This document shows positions 49,353 through 59,298 of a DNA stretch of 64,000 nucleotides, one piece after another. Source of the stretch: an uncultured Candidatus Saccharibacteria bacterium (lineage in GTDB: Bacteria > Patescibacteriota > Saccharimonadia > Saccharimonadales > Saccharimonadaceae); NCBI GenBank assembly GCA_964523355.1, contig CAZFZV010000001.1, forward strand, positions 2,213 through 66,212, given 5' to 3'. The position numbers and the translations under genes were made by a program. Numbering within the stretch: the first letter of the stretch is position 1; each line of letters begins with the position of its first letter. The notes below the pieces were generated by a model. It did not search any database, was not told where the DNA came from, and saw only the letters and a program-made list of their open reading frames with translations.

Positions 49353-50270
49353 CTATACTCCTGCCGTACGAGCGGCGAAATTAAATTTGTTGATGGCGCA
49401 ATAATTAAACTCAGCACCAAGATTATCTAGCTGGCTGGTTTCGCTATTTTGGCAATAGTCACCTGTCGTCGTAATATCAATACCGCCACGCTCAGTCGCA
49501 AGGACGAAATTACCCGCCATATATGTGCGAAGCGTAATTGAGTCCTGGCTAATCTGATGGATAATAAGTTCGTAGAGCATAAGATCTAGGTCAAAAGCGC
49601 TGAGGTAGCCATTAGTTGGGTTCCGAATCGGGTTGTGCGCACCGTTATTGGCCTCGTCTGTAATATCAAGCTCCCAGTCGCCATTGTTTGCGCCGTCATT
49701 TTCTTGCTTATCAAGGAATGCAGAACAAACACGATGAGTCCGGTCTTCAATACGAATAAGCCGTGCATTTTTAATTGGGTTAGGAGCAATATTGCCGTAT
49801 TCATTGCGATATTTTAACGACAATGTACGGGGTTGTGGCTGGCCTAACTCTAATCCATATTTCGTATTCCAAAGGTAAGAATAATTACCAGTACAAAATA
49901 CACCACTGTACTGGCGACCATTGCTATCGGAACGGTCATTGTAGACATACTTATATGCATGGTCATTGACGCAGCTCGTTTGGTTCCCTTTGTAGCCAAA
50001 ATTGGGATTTGCTGCAAGGTGATTACAGAGGCTAGTTGTATCGACGGCAGGGGCAGAATTGATCGAAGTAGTCAACTCTTCGATCAAGCTCCGGCCCACA
50101 CTATTCACAGCTTTGAGTGCGAGACCACGTTGGTAAATCGAAACAATATTAATTGTAACTATGGCAATCGCGATCAGAAGCGTCGCGACAAAAGTCATAG
50201 CGAGCATAAGTTCAATGATAGTGAAACCCTGTTTTGATTGTGTGAGGCTGTGTTTCATTTTATTTTTCAT
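49353..50270 (-). CDS. PilW-like minor pilin
   Basis: QG|FTIIELMLAM. Confidence 0.8.
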   Translation of the reverse strand: MKNKMKHSLTQSKQGFTIIELMLAMTFVATLLIAIAIVTINIVSIYQRGLALKAVNSVGRSLIEELTTSINSAPAVDTTSLCNHLAANPNFGYKGNQTSCVNDHAYKYVYNDRSDSNGRQYSGVFCTGNYSYLWNTKYGLELGQPQPRTLSLKYRNEYGNIAPNPIKNARLIRIEDRTHRVCSAFLDKQENDGANNGDWELDITDEANNGAHNPIRNPTNGYLSAFDLDLMLYELIIHQISQDSITLRTYMAGNFVLATERGGIDITTTGDYCQNSETSQLDNLGAEFNYCAINKFNFAARTAGV

Positions 50271-51154
50271 GGTAATTTTTTAGCTCCTGGATTATATAAA
50301 CGAATAACCGTATCAAGAATGGTCGGAGAGAGAGAATTGGGAGCATTCCAACAAGTTTGAATATAAAAATCGTAGAATGGGATGGGTGAACCTTCACCTT
50401 GTATGGCAACCACCCAAATACCTTCTGCACGCGCAACGTTGTTATATACGTTGCGCGAAGTGACGCCATCGTCGCTCGTCCCAATAGGGCTAGCTGTATT
50501 GTTATAAATAATGCGTGCACCAAGAGAAGTTGGCGTAAAGCGAATATTTGGATTTGTATCATCAGAATTGTCCGAAACATTCATAGCGTCGGCTGGTATA
50601 AGTGCTCGTGCAGCAGCACCGGCAGTAATGTCCGCAGCAGAAACGCTAAGGTCACGGGTATTGAGGATGAAAGCTTGATTTTCAGTCAATAAGCTATGTC
50701 CATTAATGGTCGGCGCGTATGCGCGGTTGCAACCAACAAAGTCGCTGTACTTAGCATAACTATTATTGTTTAATGTATTTGTAATATCAATAATGTCATC
50801 TTGGTGATCCGCTTTTGCTTTACGAGAACGTCCAGTAATAGCATCCCATAACGCCGTGTATCTTTGACATTTTTCACCCTCGTCAGCGTCGCTAGGACAC
50901 TTTGGCAGAGCTAGCTCGGCCGTATAGGCACTGTGAACGAAACGTAATGCTTCTGCCTGAGCGTTGAGTTCGTGCCTGGCAGTAGTAAGCTCGAGCGAGC
51001 CCTCAGCATTCGCAGTGCCAAGGTTCATCATCGATATCGTAATAACTGCGACTAAGCTAAAAACTGCGATCGCAAACATAACTTCAATGATCGTATCACC
51101 ACGCTTCGTGGCGAGGCTTTTTTCGTAAAGGGTTTGGGCTATTTTTGTGCGCAT
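50267..51154 (-). CDS. PilV-like minor pilin
   Basis: RG|DTIIEVMFAI. Confidence 0.8.
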   Translation of the reverse strand: MRTKIAQTLYEKSLATKRGDTIIEVMFAIAVFSLVAVITISMMNLGTANAEGSLELTTARHELNAQAEALRFVHSAYTAELALPKCPSDADEGEKCQRYTALWDAITGRSRKAKADHQDDIIDITNTLNNNSYAKYSDFVGCNRAYAPTINGHSLLTENQAFILNTRDLSVSAADITAGAAARALIPADAMNVSDNSDDTNPNIRFTPTSLGARIIYNNTASPIGTSDDGVTSRNVYNNVARAEGIWVVAIQGEGSPIPFYDFYIQTCWNAPNSLSPTILDTVIRLYNPGAKKLP

Positions 51155-51954
51155 TTGTTATCCTCCCCATCTGCGGGTATTAGACTAACGGCGGAAGAAT
51201 TATGCCCATCTGCGGCGAGACGGATGTCACGGACAATGCGACTATTATCGGAAACAATGCAGAAATCAACCTCGGCTTCTTTGAACTCGCCAGCATTACC
51301 TTGGATCGCATTATACATGTCATTGCTTGCCTTACCATTATTTGGAGCGCATTCTTTTTTGAGGTCTAGGTGGACCTTGGGCGAAAAATATGTATGCACA
51401 GTGCCTGAAGCAGGAGAGCGAGCAATAATGAGAGTACCCTTAAAAGTTTTATTCTCTGTGTTGTTAATTTTGGCTTCCCACATTGGAATATATTCATCAA
51501 CCGTTGAGGCTCTTTCCGTAACGCCCGAACCGGGCTCATTACCGCAAAATAACTTCGCCTCAACCTTAGCAAGTTCGTCCATAAGACCAGATTCGCCGCG
51601 TGGAGGTTTAACATCGCCAATCAAAGTTGCCGTGTAGACAGTATCAGCGGTTTCTGGATCGGTTATGTCGTTTGTCTCCGCATTTGCCCCAAATGCTATA
51701 ACTTTCCCATACACCGCTTCGTGATCGGAATTACCTTCGCCGAGCGATTGGGGGCTAATAACTTCGGCGAAGACTTGGCGAAGAAACTCCGAAAAAGAGC
51801 GTACCGAATCGTTGTAACGCTGGGTGGCAATTGAAGAATAAGTACCAGCAATCACGCCAACGAGCATGAGGCCGGTGATAGCAAGGACCAGCATAACCTC
51901 AATGATAGTAAAACCCGGTTTTGTTTTTTCGGCGGGATTGTCTGCTTTGGTCAC
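51139..51954 (-). CDS. FimU/FimT-like minor pilin
   Basis: PG|FTIIEVMLVL. Confidence 0.8.
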   Translation of the reverse strand: MTKADNPAEKTKPGFTIIEVMLVLAITGLMLVGVIAGTYSSIATQRYNDSVRSFSEFLRQVFAEVISPQSLGEGNSDHEAVYGKVIAFGANAETNDITDPETADTVYTATLIGDVKPPRGESGLMDELAKVEAKLFCGNEPGSGVTERASTVDEYIPMWEAKINNTENKTFKGTLIIARSPASGTVHTYFSPKVHLDLKKECAPNNGKASNDMYNAIQGNAGEFKEAEVDFCIVSDNSRIVRDIRLAADGHNSSAVSLIPADGEDNKCAQK

Positions 51955-52032
51955 AGTTCACTCCTCACTACATACACCCACGACTCATTCATATTTTCAT
52001 TTTAGCATAAGTCGGATGTTTGGTTAAGCATT

Positions 52033-52470
52033 TTACCAGCGAATTCCAAACAAGAAAGCAATCCATTGCTCGAAATTACTCATGGTGTCGGGCGCGATAG
52101 CCTCCGTAGCGCTAGGTTCCGGAGCAGACGGTTCAATATTGTCTGAACTTTCAGGTAGATAAACCATAGTCTCTCCGGGCAACAACTTGTCTTGATATTT
52201 GCGAGCGGCAAGCTCTTTATATTCATCGGAAAGATAGTATTCGTTCTCGAGTTCAAGCGTTTCAACTTCAAGCTCGAGGAGGGCTTTTTCGCGTTGGCGA
52301 TTCATGAGTTCTTGGGCGAGGCCCCAGTTGCGCGTCATAGAGGAGATTGAACCCCAAGTCCAGACAAGGCAGAAGACGAGAGCAATCATCAAGATAACAT
52401 TATCAAAAACAAAGAGGTCGTGTTTCAGCCAATACTGTGTTTTGCGTAACCGCGTTTTTAACTCGCCCAT
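52033..52470 (-). CDS. FtsB/DivIC-like septum formation initiator protein
   Basis: One TM helix, coiled coil, Y.ELAARK....LPGETMV. Confidence 0.65.
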   Translation of the reverse strand: MGELKTRLRKTQYWLKHDLFVFDNVILMIALVFCLVWTWGSISSMTRNWGLAQELMNRQREKALLELEVETLELENEYYLSDEYKELAARKYQDKLLPGETMVYLPESSDNIEPSAPEPSATEAIAPDTMSNFEQWIAFLFGIRW

Positions 52471-52522
52471 GGTTATATATTATTATAGCACTGAACCAAT
52501 AAAATCACAGTATGCCCGGTTA

Positions 52523-52953
52523 TGCTAAAATAGGAACGTGGATGTAGCAGTCCATGGGAACTGCGGGCGGTTTTTGAGGTCAGGCTCCAATCTCCAGAAG
52601 TTCTCGTTTCTCAAAGATCGTGAGGTTGCGCTTCTACGATAAAGGATATTATTGGAAGTCTAGATTTCGAGCTAAGTCACGGTTTAGTCTCGCACAAAGT
52701 AGCCTCTTTGCTTGGGTTGTAGCTCATAGTTGGTTTTCTGGCTTTTGTCCGTAGCGATGCTATCCGCCTTAACGAGGGCACTGTCGGATACGCTGGCAAC
52801 AACGGGTACGCCTGGTCGCGTACGGCTAAATCGTCCACCAACGCCTACAACTTGGACATGAATCCTACAAATGTCAACCCGTCGAACGCTAACAACCGCT
52901 GGTACGGTTTCCCCCTCCGCTGAGGAGTTACCGGTTCGGTGCCGATCTTTGAG
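52523..52953 (+). ncRNA. DGR-template-like cassette 2
   Basis: TGCTAAAAT, GTGG at 52538, 200-nt structured leader, template 52738-52920 (LAFVRSDAIRLNEG...RWYGFPLR), 3' motif 52931-52953. Confidence 0.8.
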
Positions 52954-52966
52954 CAAGGCGTTATCA

Positions 52967-53400
52967 TGATAGAATGAGAGAGTGGGCATTACCCATGGGA
53001 ACTATAATAAGCACTTGAGGTCATGCTCCGGCTGATTGTCGTTCTCTCGTTCAAGATCGTGAAGCCATTCTCTAAGCTTATTAGGAAAGTAATCTCTAGA
53101 GGATAGAAAGTTAACTCTAGCTAAGGTTAGAGCTGTATGTAGTTGGCTTCTTTTTCCGTATTGACGATGGATACTATGGATTTATGCATTTGGCTTTTGT
53201 CCGTAGCGGGTATGTTAATCTCCCTGGCGGCAATATCAACAACGTCGGCCACAACGGCTACGACTGGTCGCGTACGGCGAACTCAGCTACCAACGCCTAC
53301 CGTCTGAACTTCAACCCTACGGGCATGAATATGAATGCTGAAAACCGCTACTGGGGTTTCTCCCTCCGCTGGAGAACTGCCGGTTCGGTGCCGATCTTGA
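52967..53400 (+). ncRNA. DGR-template-like cassette 3
   Basis: TGATAGAAT, GTGG at 52982, 208-nt leader, template 53190-53369 (LAFVRSGYVN...RYWGFSLR), 3' motif 53380-53400. Confidence 0.8.
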
Positions 53401-53442
53401 TGATTATATAAAAAATAAGAGTCGATAGGCTCTGCTTGCGTA

Positions 53443-53458
53443 TTGGTGGGGGCGGTTG
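53443..53458 (-). repeat. Duplicate of the tRNA(CAT) 3' end (att-like)
   Basis: TTGGTGGGGGCGGTTG is identical at 53443-53458 and 53501-53516. Confidence 0.8.
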
Positions 53459-53501
53459 ATCAGCGTAAAAAATGAGAACCAAATGGTTCTTCTTTTAGCG
53501 T

Positions 53502-53577
53502 TGGTGGGGGCGGTTGGGCTCGAACCAACGACCAAGCGGTTATGAGCCGCCTGCTCTAACCCCTGAGCTACGCCCCC
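53502..53577 (-). tRNA. tRNA with CAT anticodon, most likely tRNA-Ile2
   Basis: Cloverleaf, loop CT-CAT-AA, paired 1-72, overall resemblance to Ile2-type tRNAs; tilS is present in the window. Confidence 0.85.
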
Positions 53578-53635
53578 AAGGATATATATATATTATATAT
53601 TTATTTCTAAGAGACAACAAGGTCTTAAAATTGCA

Positions 53636-53730
53636 GGCGACAGCCCTTGAACTGGCGAGGATAGCGAATAGAAAGAATGCTAGCATTCTTTCTTGAGCGA
53701 CGCAGCCAGCAAATGGGCGACAGCCCTTGA
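53636..53730. repeat. 15-bp direct repeat flanking a 24-bp palindrome
   Basis: GGCGACAGCCCTTGA at 53636 and 53716; AGAAAGAATGCTAGCATTCTTTCT between them. Confidence 0.7.
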
Positions 53731-53772
53731 CAATCCCCTAAAGTTTTGCGAGAATAGGACTATTGTTGGTTG

Positions 53773-53862
53773 TTACCGCCGTCGTTTCCGTACGACGGTA
53801 ACGTTAATTTTGAACAAGGTGAATCTAAACGCAAAGCGCCAGATTCGGAACTTGATCTCCAT
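53773..53862 (-). CDS. 29-aa cationic/aromatic small peptide
   Basis: MEIKFRIWRFAFRFTLFKINVTVVRKRRR preceded by AGGAGGAAGGAGG. Confidence 0.5.
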   Translation of the reverse strand: MEIKFRIWRFAFRFTLFKINVTVVRKRRR

Positions 53863-54155
53863 CAGAGCCTCCTTCCTCCTTTCCCCATTTTGTTAACTGA
53901 TGCTAATTGCCAGGACTGATCGCCCTGCATTCAACTTAGCACAAAGTGAGTAAAAGTTGCAAACATAGGCGTCTTTATAGTTGCAACAATCTGCTTAAGA
54001 TTGCTTAATATGCTATTTTGTAGTAGAATTAAATAACTATTGATTGATAGAAGAATCAAGGACCTTAAAATGATAAAGACAGTTCAGTTATTGTTCTGAG
54101 GTTCTCTAATCTTCTACATCAATCTACAACTATAAAATAAAAAGGAGTGGAAAAA

Positions 54156-55280
54156 ATGAAGAAAAGATTTTTTGTAGCATTGATGGTAGTAGCATGTTTG
54201 ACGCTTGGAGGGTGCGGAGATAGCAATACTTCGGTTGATAATATGGACGCGGAAGTACACGAGAGCGAAGATGTGTTGGAGGCGGAAGATATTACAACGG
54301 AAGATTCTGAGGTTGACATGTCAGAAGAAGAAACGGATGGGGGTGATGAGGAAAGTAATGCTGAGGTAAAAGGGATTGTGGCGATGGTATCACGCGCAAC
54401 GATACATTCAAATACTATTCAAATCATTAGTATTGACCCGGACACTGGCATTCAGGAAATTATTTCCGAATTTCTTATAAAAAGTAATAGTGACGAGGCT
54501 TACCAACGGGCGGATAACCGGGTCGTAACGCGTAACTGGTTTTCTAATGATTATACCAAGATGGCTATCAGCAAGCGTTTTTTAAATGCAAGTCAAAGTT
54601 ATCTAAATGAGGATCATGCTGGGTGGATTGATACTAACGGAGACTTTTTCGATATGACCGAAGCGAGCGGACTGAGACCGGAGGACACCTTTTCTAATAC
54701 GGACGTGCTGAGACACAAAACACTGGGGTTTTTCGATGATGACTTTGTGTTTTTAGATACCGCAACTGAGAAAGTCTACTACATGCCGTTTGATAATGTC
54801 TCCGAAATGGGAGCTGCTGAGTTAAGCGAAGAAAACGACTATATATACATGTATCTGCTTAAGCACCCAGTAAACGTACGGCCAACGTGTCAAATTGATG
54901 AACATACCTATATTGTAGACCTTGGGATCGATCAGACATCCAGACCTAGTCCTCTCAGTGTTATTTACGATTTTGATACCGACGAGGAGAGATCATATAT
55001 TCCAGAGAGTAGTCGCTGGAATTGGAGTGGAGTCATGAGTCCGGACGGAGATATGGTAGCCTTTTTCTCGTCGTTGAAAGATGGTATGGGGAAGGTAGAA
55101 CTATACAAAGTGCCATCGTCTGGGGGTGAACCAACGAAGATTACGTTAAAAGCCAATGACGACGTGATTGTGGATTTGACTGCATTACCCGCTCCGTCAT
55201 ACGAGCATCCATCTGGTGGAGTGGATGATTTTCTTAAGCTTCATGATGCTCAATATTGTCGTTTGTTGGAGTGGAGATAA
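54156..55280 (+). CDS. Lipoprotein with acidic linker and TolB/PD40-like C-terminal repeats
   Basis: Lipobox LGGC, SPDGDMVAF, LYKVPSSGGEP; AAGGAG RBS. Confidence 0.75.
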   Translation: MKKRFFVALMVVACLTLGGCGDSNTSVDNMDAEVHESEDVLEAEDITTEDSEVDMSEEETDGGDEESNAEVKGIVAMVSRATIHSNTIQIISIDPDTGIQEIISEFLIKSNSDEAYQRADNRVVTRNWFSNDYTKMAISKRFLNASQSYLNEDHAGWIDTNGDFFDMTEASGLRPEDTFSNTDVLRHKTLGFFDDDFVFLDTATEKVYYMPFDNVSEMGAAELSEENDYIYMYLLKHPVNVRPTCQIDEHTYIVDLGIDQTSRPSPLSVIYDFDTDEERSYIPESSRWNWSGVMSPDGDMVAFFSSLKDGMGKVELYKVPSSGGEPTKITLKANDDVIVDLTALPAPSYEHPSGGVDDFLKLHDAQYCRLLEWR

Positions 55281-55300
55281 TTAAGAAAGGTGGGATGAAA

Positions 55301-55804
55301 ATGACAATACCTAATATTACACAGCGTCGGAAGGCGAAGGTATCCAGTGCGTCAGAACAATCGATAAAGTTACCGTTTCAGAAGCGGATTGCGATTCGTA
55401 ACCCAAACCGACATTATGTCGGAAGCAGTTCTAAGGGTGATTGTCATATTTGCGGGAGATGTATGGGCAACGATAATTGTGTTCCGTGGTATGAAAGCAT
55501 GTGTGAGAGGTGCCGCCAACGATATATAGATGATCTGGCCAATGGGTGGACAACAACTATTTCGGAAGAAATTGACCCAAAGTACCAAGTTGTACTTTGG
55601 CGATTTCAGCAATGCATACTGTTTGACCTAAAAGATGAGAAAATCTCCGAAGCAGAAGCACGTGAAGAATTAAAGGAAGTGGTTGGCATTGCACGAATAG
55701 AAATTGACAAGATAAAACGCCAAGAAGTGGAGCGCACTGCCCGGTCTAATGAATGGGAATCTGAGTCGCAGCAAATAAAAAGTCTCTCTCACCGCCTTTT
55801 GTAG
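55301..55804 (+). CDS. Hypothetical protein with Cys cluster (possible Zn finger)
   Basis: CHICGRC...C...CERC; AAAGGTGG RBS; start could also be 55295. Confidence 0.55.
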   Translation: MTIPNITQRRKAKVSSASEQSIKLPFQKRIAIRNPNRHYVGSSSKGDCHICGRCMGNDNCVPWYESMCERCRQRYIDDLANGWTTTISEEIDPKYQVVLWRFQQCILFDLKDEKISEAEAREELKEVVGIARIEIDKIKRQEVERTARSNEWESESQQIKSLSHRLL

Positions 55805-55887
55805 GCAAGTATCTTCTTCAGCTGTCTTTATCTTCAAATCCGAATAGAGTCGAAGCACAGCTGCTTCGCCTATTCAAAGAATGCTTA

Positions 55888-55915
55888 TGCCCGGTTCTCT
55901 ATGGAGGACCGGGCA
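55888..55915. terminator. Hairpin between convergent genes
   Basis: TGCCCGGTTC/GGACCGGGCA. Confidence 0.65.
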
Positions 55916-55923
55916 AAACTTTT

Positions 55924-58900
55924 CTATGGGAGAATAATGCCGCCACCGTTATTGTTGTTTCCACCTCCATTGTTGTGCTGGCGCATCTGACGCTCAAAGT
56001 CGCGAATCTGTGAACCAGTTAGGTCGCCATTTTGACCGTTACGAGGTATAACAATACCACTGTCATTTTCTGTGAAACCTCCAGGTACTGGCGCTGAATT
56101 GCCTGAATTATGTTGTACGTGAAGTGAGTATGGAATTTCTGTACGGCCGTCAAGCGCGCGGATATTATTTAGCTTCATCGCTGATTCTTGCGTTAATGTA
56201 ACTGCCCCATTATTGGCAGCATTCAATGTTGCTTCGGCAATATTAGCCAATTGTGCGCGTTCATCAGCGCCAATAGACCCAGAGCTAATACTAGCAGAGA
56301 TGCGATTTAGCTCAGCCTGACTCGCATTCGCCATAGAACGTATGCTGGTGTTATCAACCGTGCTAACACTGGAGTTGCTACCTGTCCCTCCCGTAGGTGC
56401 ATCGTACTCCATATTGGCAATTGTATTGAGGCCGCGGCCAACATCACCTTTCACAGCAATATTTTCGTTATTCATCGCTTCACGAGCTTGAGCGATCAAA
56501 TTATTGCGCGCTTCACCTTGAATATTACCGTTTCGGAGGCCTTCAATAGCCATGCGACGGTATCCATCATCAGTATTAGCGAGTTGTTCTGCGCCAATAT
56601 CTCGCGCTTTCTCTTGTAGGTAGTTCTTGTTTGCAAGAAATGTGTTTCCGTCATTATCATGTGTCGATATGATATCGGATGCATTATAGGCGTAGCTTCC
56701 ACTGGCGAGTTTATTAAGGTTCTTAAATGTGTTTGGATTCTTAGCCTTATAATCACCTCCTGCCGCATTCCGTACAGCGCTAGCTGCCCATTGGATGCCT
56801 TTGTTGGAGGTTTCGCCAGCGAGCGCGGAAGCACGTACCCCACCGTTAAGTACACTGTCAACATACTGCCGACCTGCGTCGCTTGTATTAAGGTTATGCA
56901 TTGCTGATGTAAATCTTGCCCTTGCGTCAACATTTGTGCTGTCTGCCCTAAGCTCATTCAACGCCTCCTCGAGCTTCGCAGCAGCGGAGCTTTCCTCTGC
57001 GAATGTCCCATCGTTTTCCCAAGCATCCGTATAATCCTTAGCTAGCTCCATCACATGCCTTTGAGTAAATGCGTCTGTACGGTCGCGATTTGCCAGATCT
57101 TGCGCTAAGACGGCATTCTGTGCTCGATTACTGCGGCGATTATGCGAACTTTTAGCCATGCTTGCCAACCGTCCGTTACCTTGACGCATTCGAGCATTAA
57201 TGCCCTCCATCGGATGCATAACATTGTTTAGCCAACGCCGCCGTCTGCCTAATTCGCGATTCTGCTCACGATTAATATATCTTTGCGCATTATGACCGGC
57301 TAGTCGAGCTTGGCGATCTCTGTAGCCCTCTGACCGACGAATTCCGCCCGTGACGCTGTGGCCCAAGCGACTTCCAAATGTAGAAAGTTTGGTTCCCAGA
57401 TTCCCCATGGCCTGGAATGAACTTTTTAAGATTGTGGGCACGAAGAAAATCGGGATAGCTTGAATTAGAACAGAAACGAACACATAAAATATGCCCGAAT
57501 CACCATTAGCATTCGCTAGTAATAACTTTGATGCAAACTGTCCTCCACCCATTAAAGCTCCACAAATTGGATACACAATTAGCATTCCAAAGAACAGCTT
57601 CCACCAACGGTTAAAGACATTCTTCGTGTTCGGGAGCGCATAACAGATTATTGCCAATGGCGATAACGCAACTAAGATAATGATCGCTGCTTGGCGTACG
57701 CCAAGCAATAAGAAAAACGCCAAAATACTAATAATCCCTACGATAAGCAGAAGTACAAACGGCATAATCCAGAATTCAACCGTATTCGCAAGTGCAATCC
57801 CACTCCCGACGACAAGTGCTGCTGAAACTACCGTGGCGATAATTGCGCCCAATCCACCGTTGCCATATTCGCTACCGATTGATACTCCTTCGCTAATGCC
57901 AACAAATAGTTCTTTAATATCGTGCCCGATGATATTTGATAAGTCGACGGCAATTTGACATAGGAAAAAGGATAAATTAACAAGTACCGCTACTAAAATC
58001 AAGCTCGGTAGCATCTTTTTCACACCATAATTACTAACACCAAACCCTGTAATCTGCGAGAGGATAATGACTAGAAGAGCTATTGCAAAAGCAATATTAG
58101 CCAAATTACGGAATGTCTCCCAAGCTTGGTGTGTGCCACTAGTGTCGTTGACATATTCGACGTCGGTCTGGAGATAGCTCTGCTCAATAAAATCGTAAAA
58201 CCAATCGGCCGCTTTACCAAGTGCTTGTACTACTGGGCAAACAATCCAACCAAGTGCACCAGAAGCCTTAGAGCAGGGGCTAGCCTCTTCTTGTGTACCG
58301 CCGCCATCATTATTCGCGTCATCCGTAATATCACCAACGATATCGTCAGTTGTGGTGTCATTACCGCTCTCGTCTTTGTCTTTTTCGGTCTTATCAAGCG
58401 CTTTTTTGACAGCTGGAGCGGTATCGTTAATACGCTCAACGGCGCCATCGCAAGTGTGTTTCCCGGATTTCTTGCTCACCCAGCTACTGTCCCAATCGTT
58501 CTTAACGATATCTTGGTTAGAGTAATATTTCTTCTCCATTTTGCCGGTGCTAGGATTCGGAACCTTAACTTCAAAGTAGTTGTTTTTATTCATCAAATCC
58601 GGATCACCGCTATAAGGACTTGATTTGCTACAAGCGGTCGTAAAATCATTGAAGTACAAGAAATAATTAATTAAGTCGTCTGTGAAAGTTCCCCGATCTC
58701 CCCATGAAACCAGATAGCTATTGCTTTTCTTTTTGTTATTGTAGAGCTTTTTCACATGATCCATCGCTCCATCCGTATTCAGCCAGAATGTAATACCATC
58801 TTGTCCGATCGCATCGCTACATTTAGCAACTTTGTCGCCCCTAATACCACCATTGCTAAAATAAGGCACCAACAGACCGGGTTTGTCGCCATCGCAAACC

Positions 58901-59298
58901 AGCTCTTTCTCGGAAATACCTAGTGTAGACTTAAATAGATTCACTAAGTTTTCGCTATTATCATCGCAATATATCGTCCCATTATTAACCTTGCCCTGTA
59001 TTTGGTTTTCCAGCCAGGCTCCAGTCGGTATTTCGATATGTTCTCCCCAACCTCCAAGACTATTAAAGAAATTCTTGCTAGGGTTACCGCCAGAATATTG
59101 TATAGAGGCATCTTCTTCAACTTTCTGCTTGACGCACTTACTGAACACATTCGCCACTAACTGAATTTTTCCGGCTTCTTTCATCTGGCTCAAAGCTTCT
59201 GAGGTCTTGATCGCCATTACTTGCGAACCAATTACTGTGCCGAGCAGCGTAGAAATGACCGCTGCCCAGATTACAAATTTTTTCCAGCCGTTTTTCAT
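55924..59298 (-). CDS. Large VirB6/TrbL-like membrane protein
   Basis: Signal/TM helix, Cys-containing ectodomain, LGWIVCP, AWETFRNLAN, multi-TM core, long low-complexity C-terminal tail. Confidence 0.7.
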   Translation of the reverse strand: MKNGWKKFVIWAAVISTLLGTVIGSQVMAIKTSEALSQMKEAGKIQLVANVFSKCVKQKVEEDASIQYSGGNPSKNFFNSLGGWGEHIEIPTGAWLENQIQGKVNNGTIYCDDNSENLVNLFKSTLGISEKELVCDGDKPGLLVPYFSNGGIRGDKVAKCSDAIGQDGITFWLNTDGAMDHVKKLYNNKKKSNSYLVSWGDRGTFTDDLINYFLYFNDFTTACSKSSPYSGDPDLMNKNNYFEVKVPNPSTGKMEKKYYSNQDIVKNDWDSSWVSKKSGKHTCDGAVERINDTAPAVKKALDKTEKDKDESGNDTTTDDIVGDITDDANNDGGGTQEEASPCSKASGALGWIVCPVVQALGKAADWFYDFIEQSYLQTDVEYVNDTSGTHQAWETFRNLANIAFAIALLVIILSQITGFGVSNYGVKKMLPSLILVAVLVNLSFFLCQIAVDLSNIIGHDIKELFVGISEGVSIGSEYGNGGLGAIIATVVSAALVVGSGIALANTVEFWIMPFVLLLIVGIISILAFFLLLGVRQAAIIILVALSPLAIICYALPNTKNVFNRWWKLFFGMLIVYPICGALMGGGQFASKLLLANANGDSGIFYVFVSVLIQAIPIFFVPTILKSSFQAMGNLGTKLSTFGSRLGHSVTGGIRRSEGYRDRQARLAGHNAQRYINREQNRELGRRRRWLNNVMHPMEGINARMRQGNGRLASMAKSSHNRRSNRAQNAVLAQDLANRDRTDAFTQRHVMELAKDYTDAWENDGTFAEESSAAAKLEEALNELRADSTNVDARARFTSAMHNLNTSDAGRQYVDSVLNGGVRASALAGETSNKGIQWAASAVRNAAGGDYKAKNPNTFKNLNKLASGSYAYNASDIISTHDNDGNTFLANKNYLQEKARDIGAEQLANTDDGYRRMAIEGLRNGNIQGEARNNLIAQAREAMNNENIAVKGDVGRGLNTIANMEYDAPTGGTGSNSSVSTVDNTSIRSMANASQAELNRISASISSGSIGADERAQLANIAEATLNAANNGAVTLTQESAMKLNNIRALDGRTEIPYSLHVQHNSGNSAPVPGGFTENDSGIVIPRNGQNGDLTGSQIRDFERQMRQHNNGGGNNNNGGGIILP

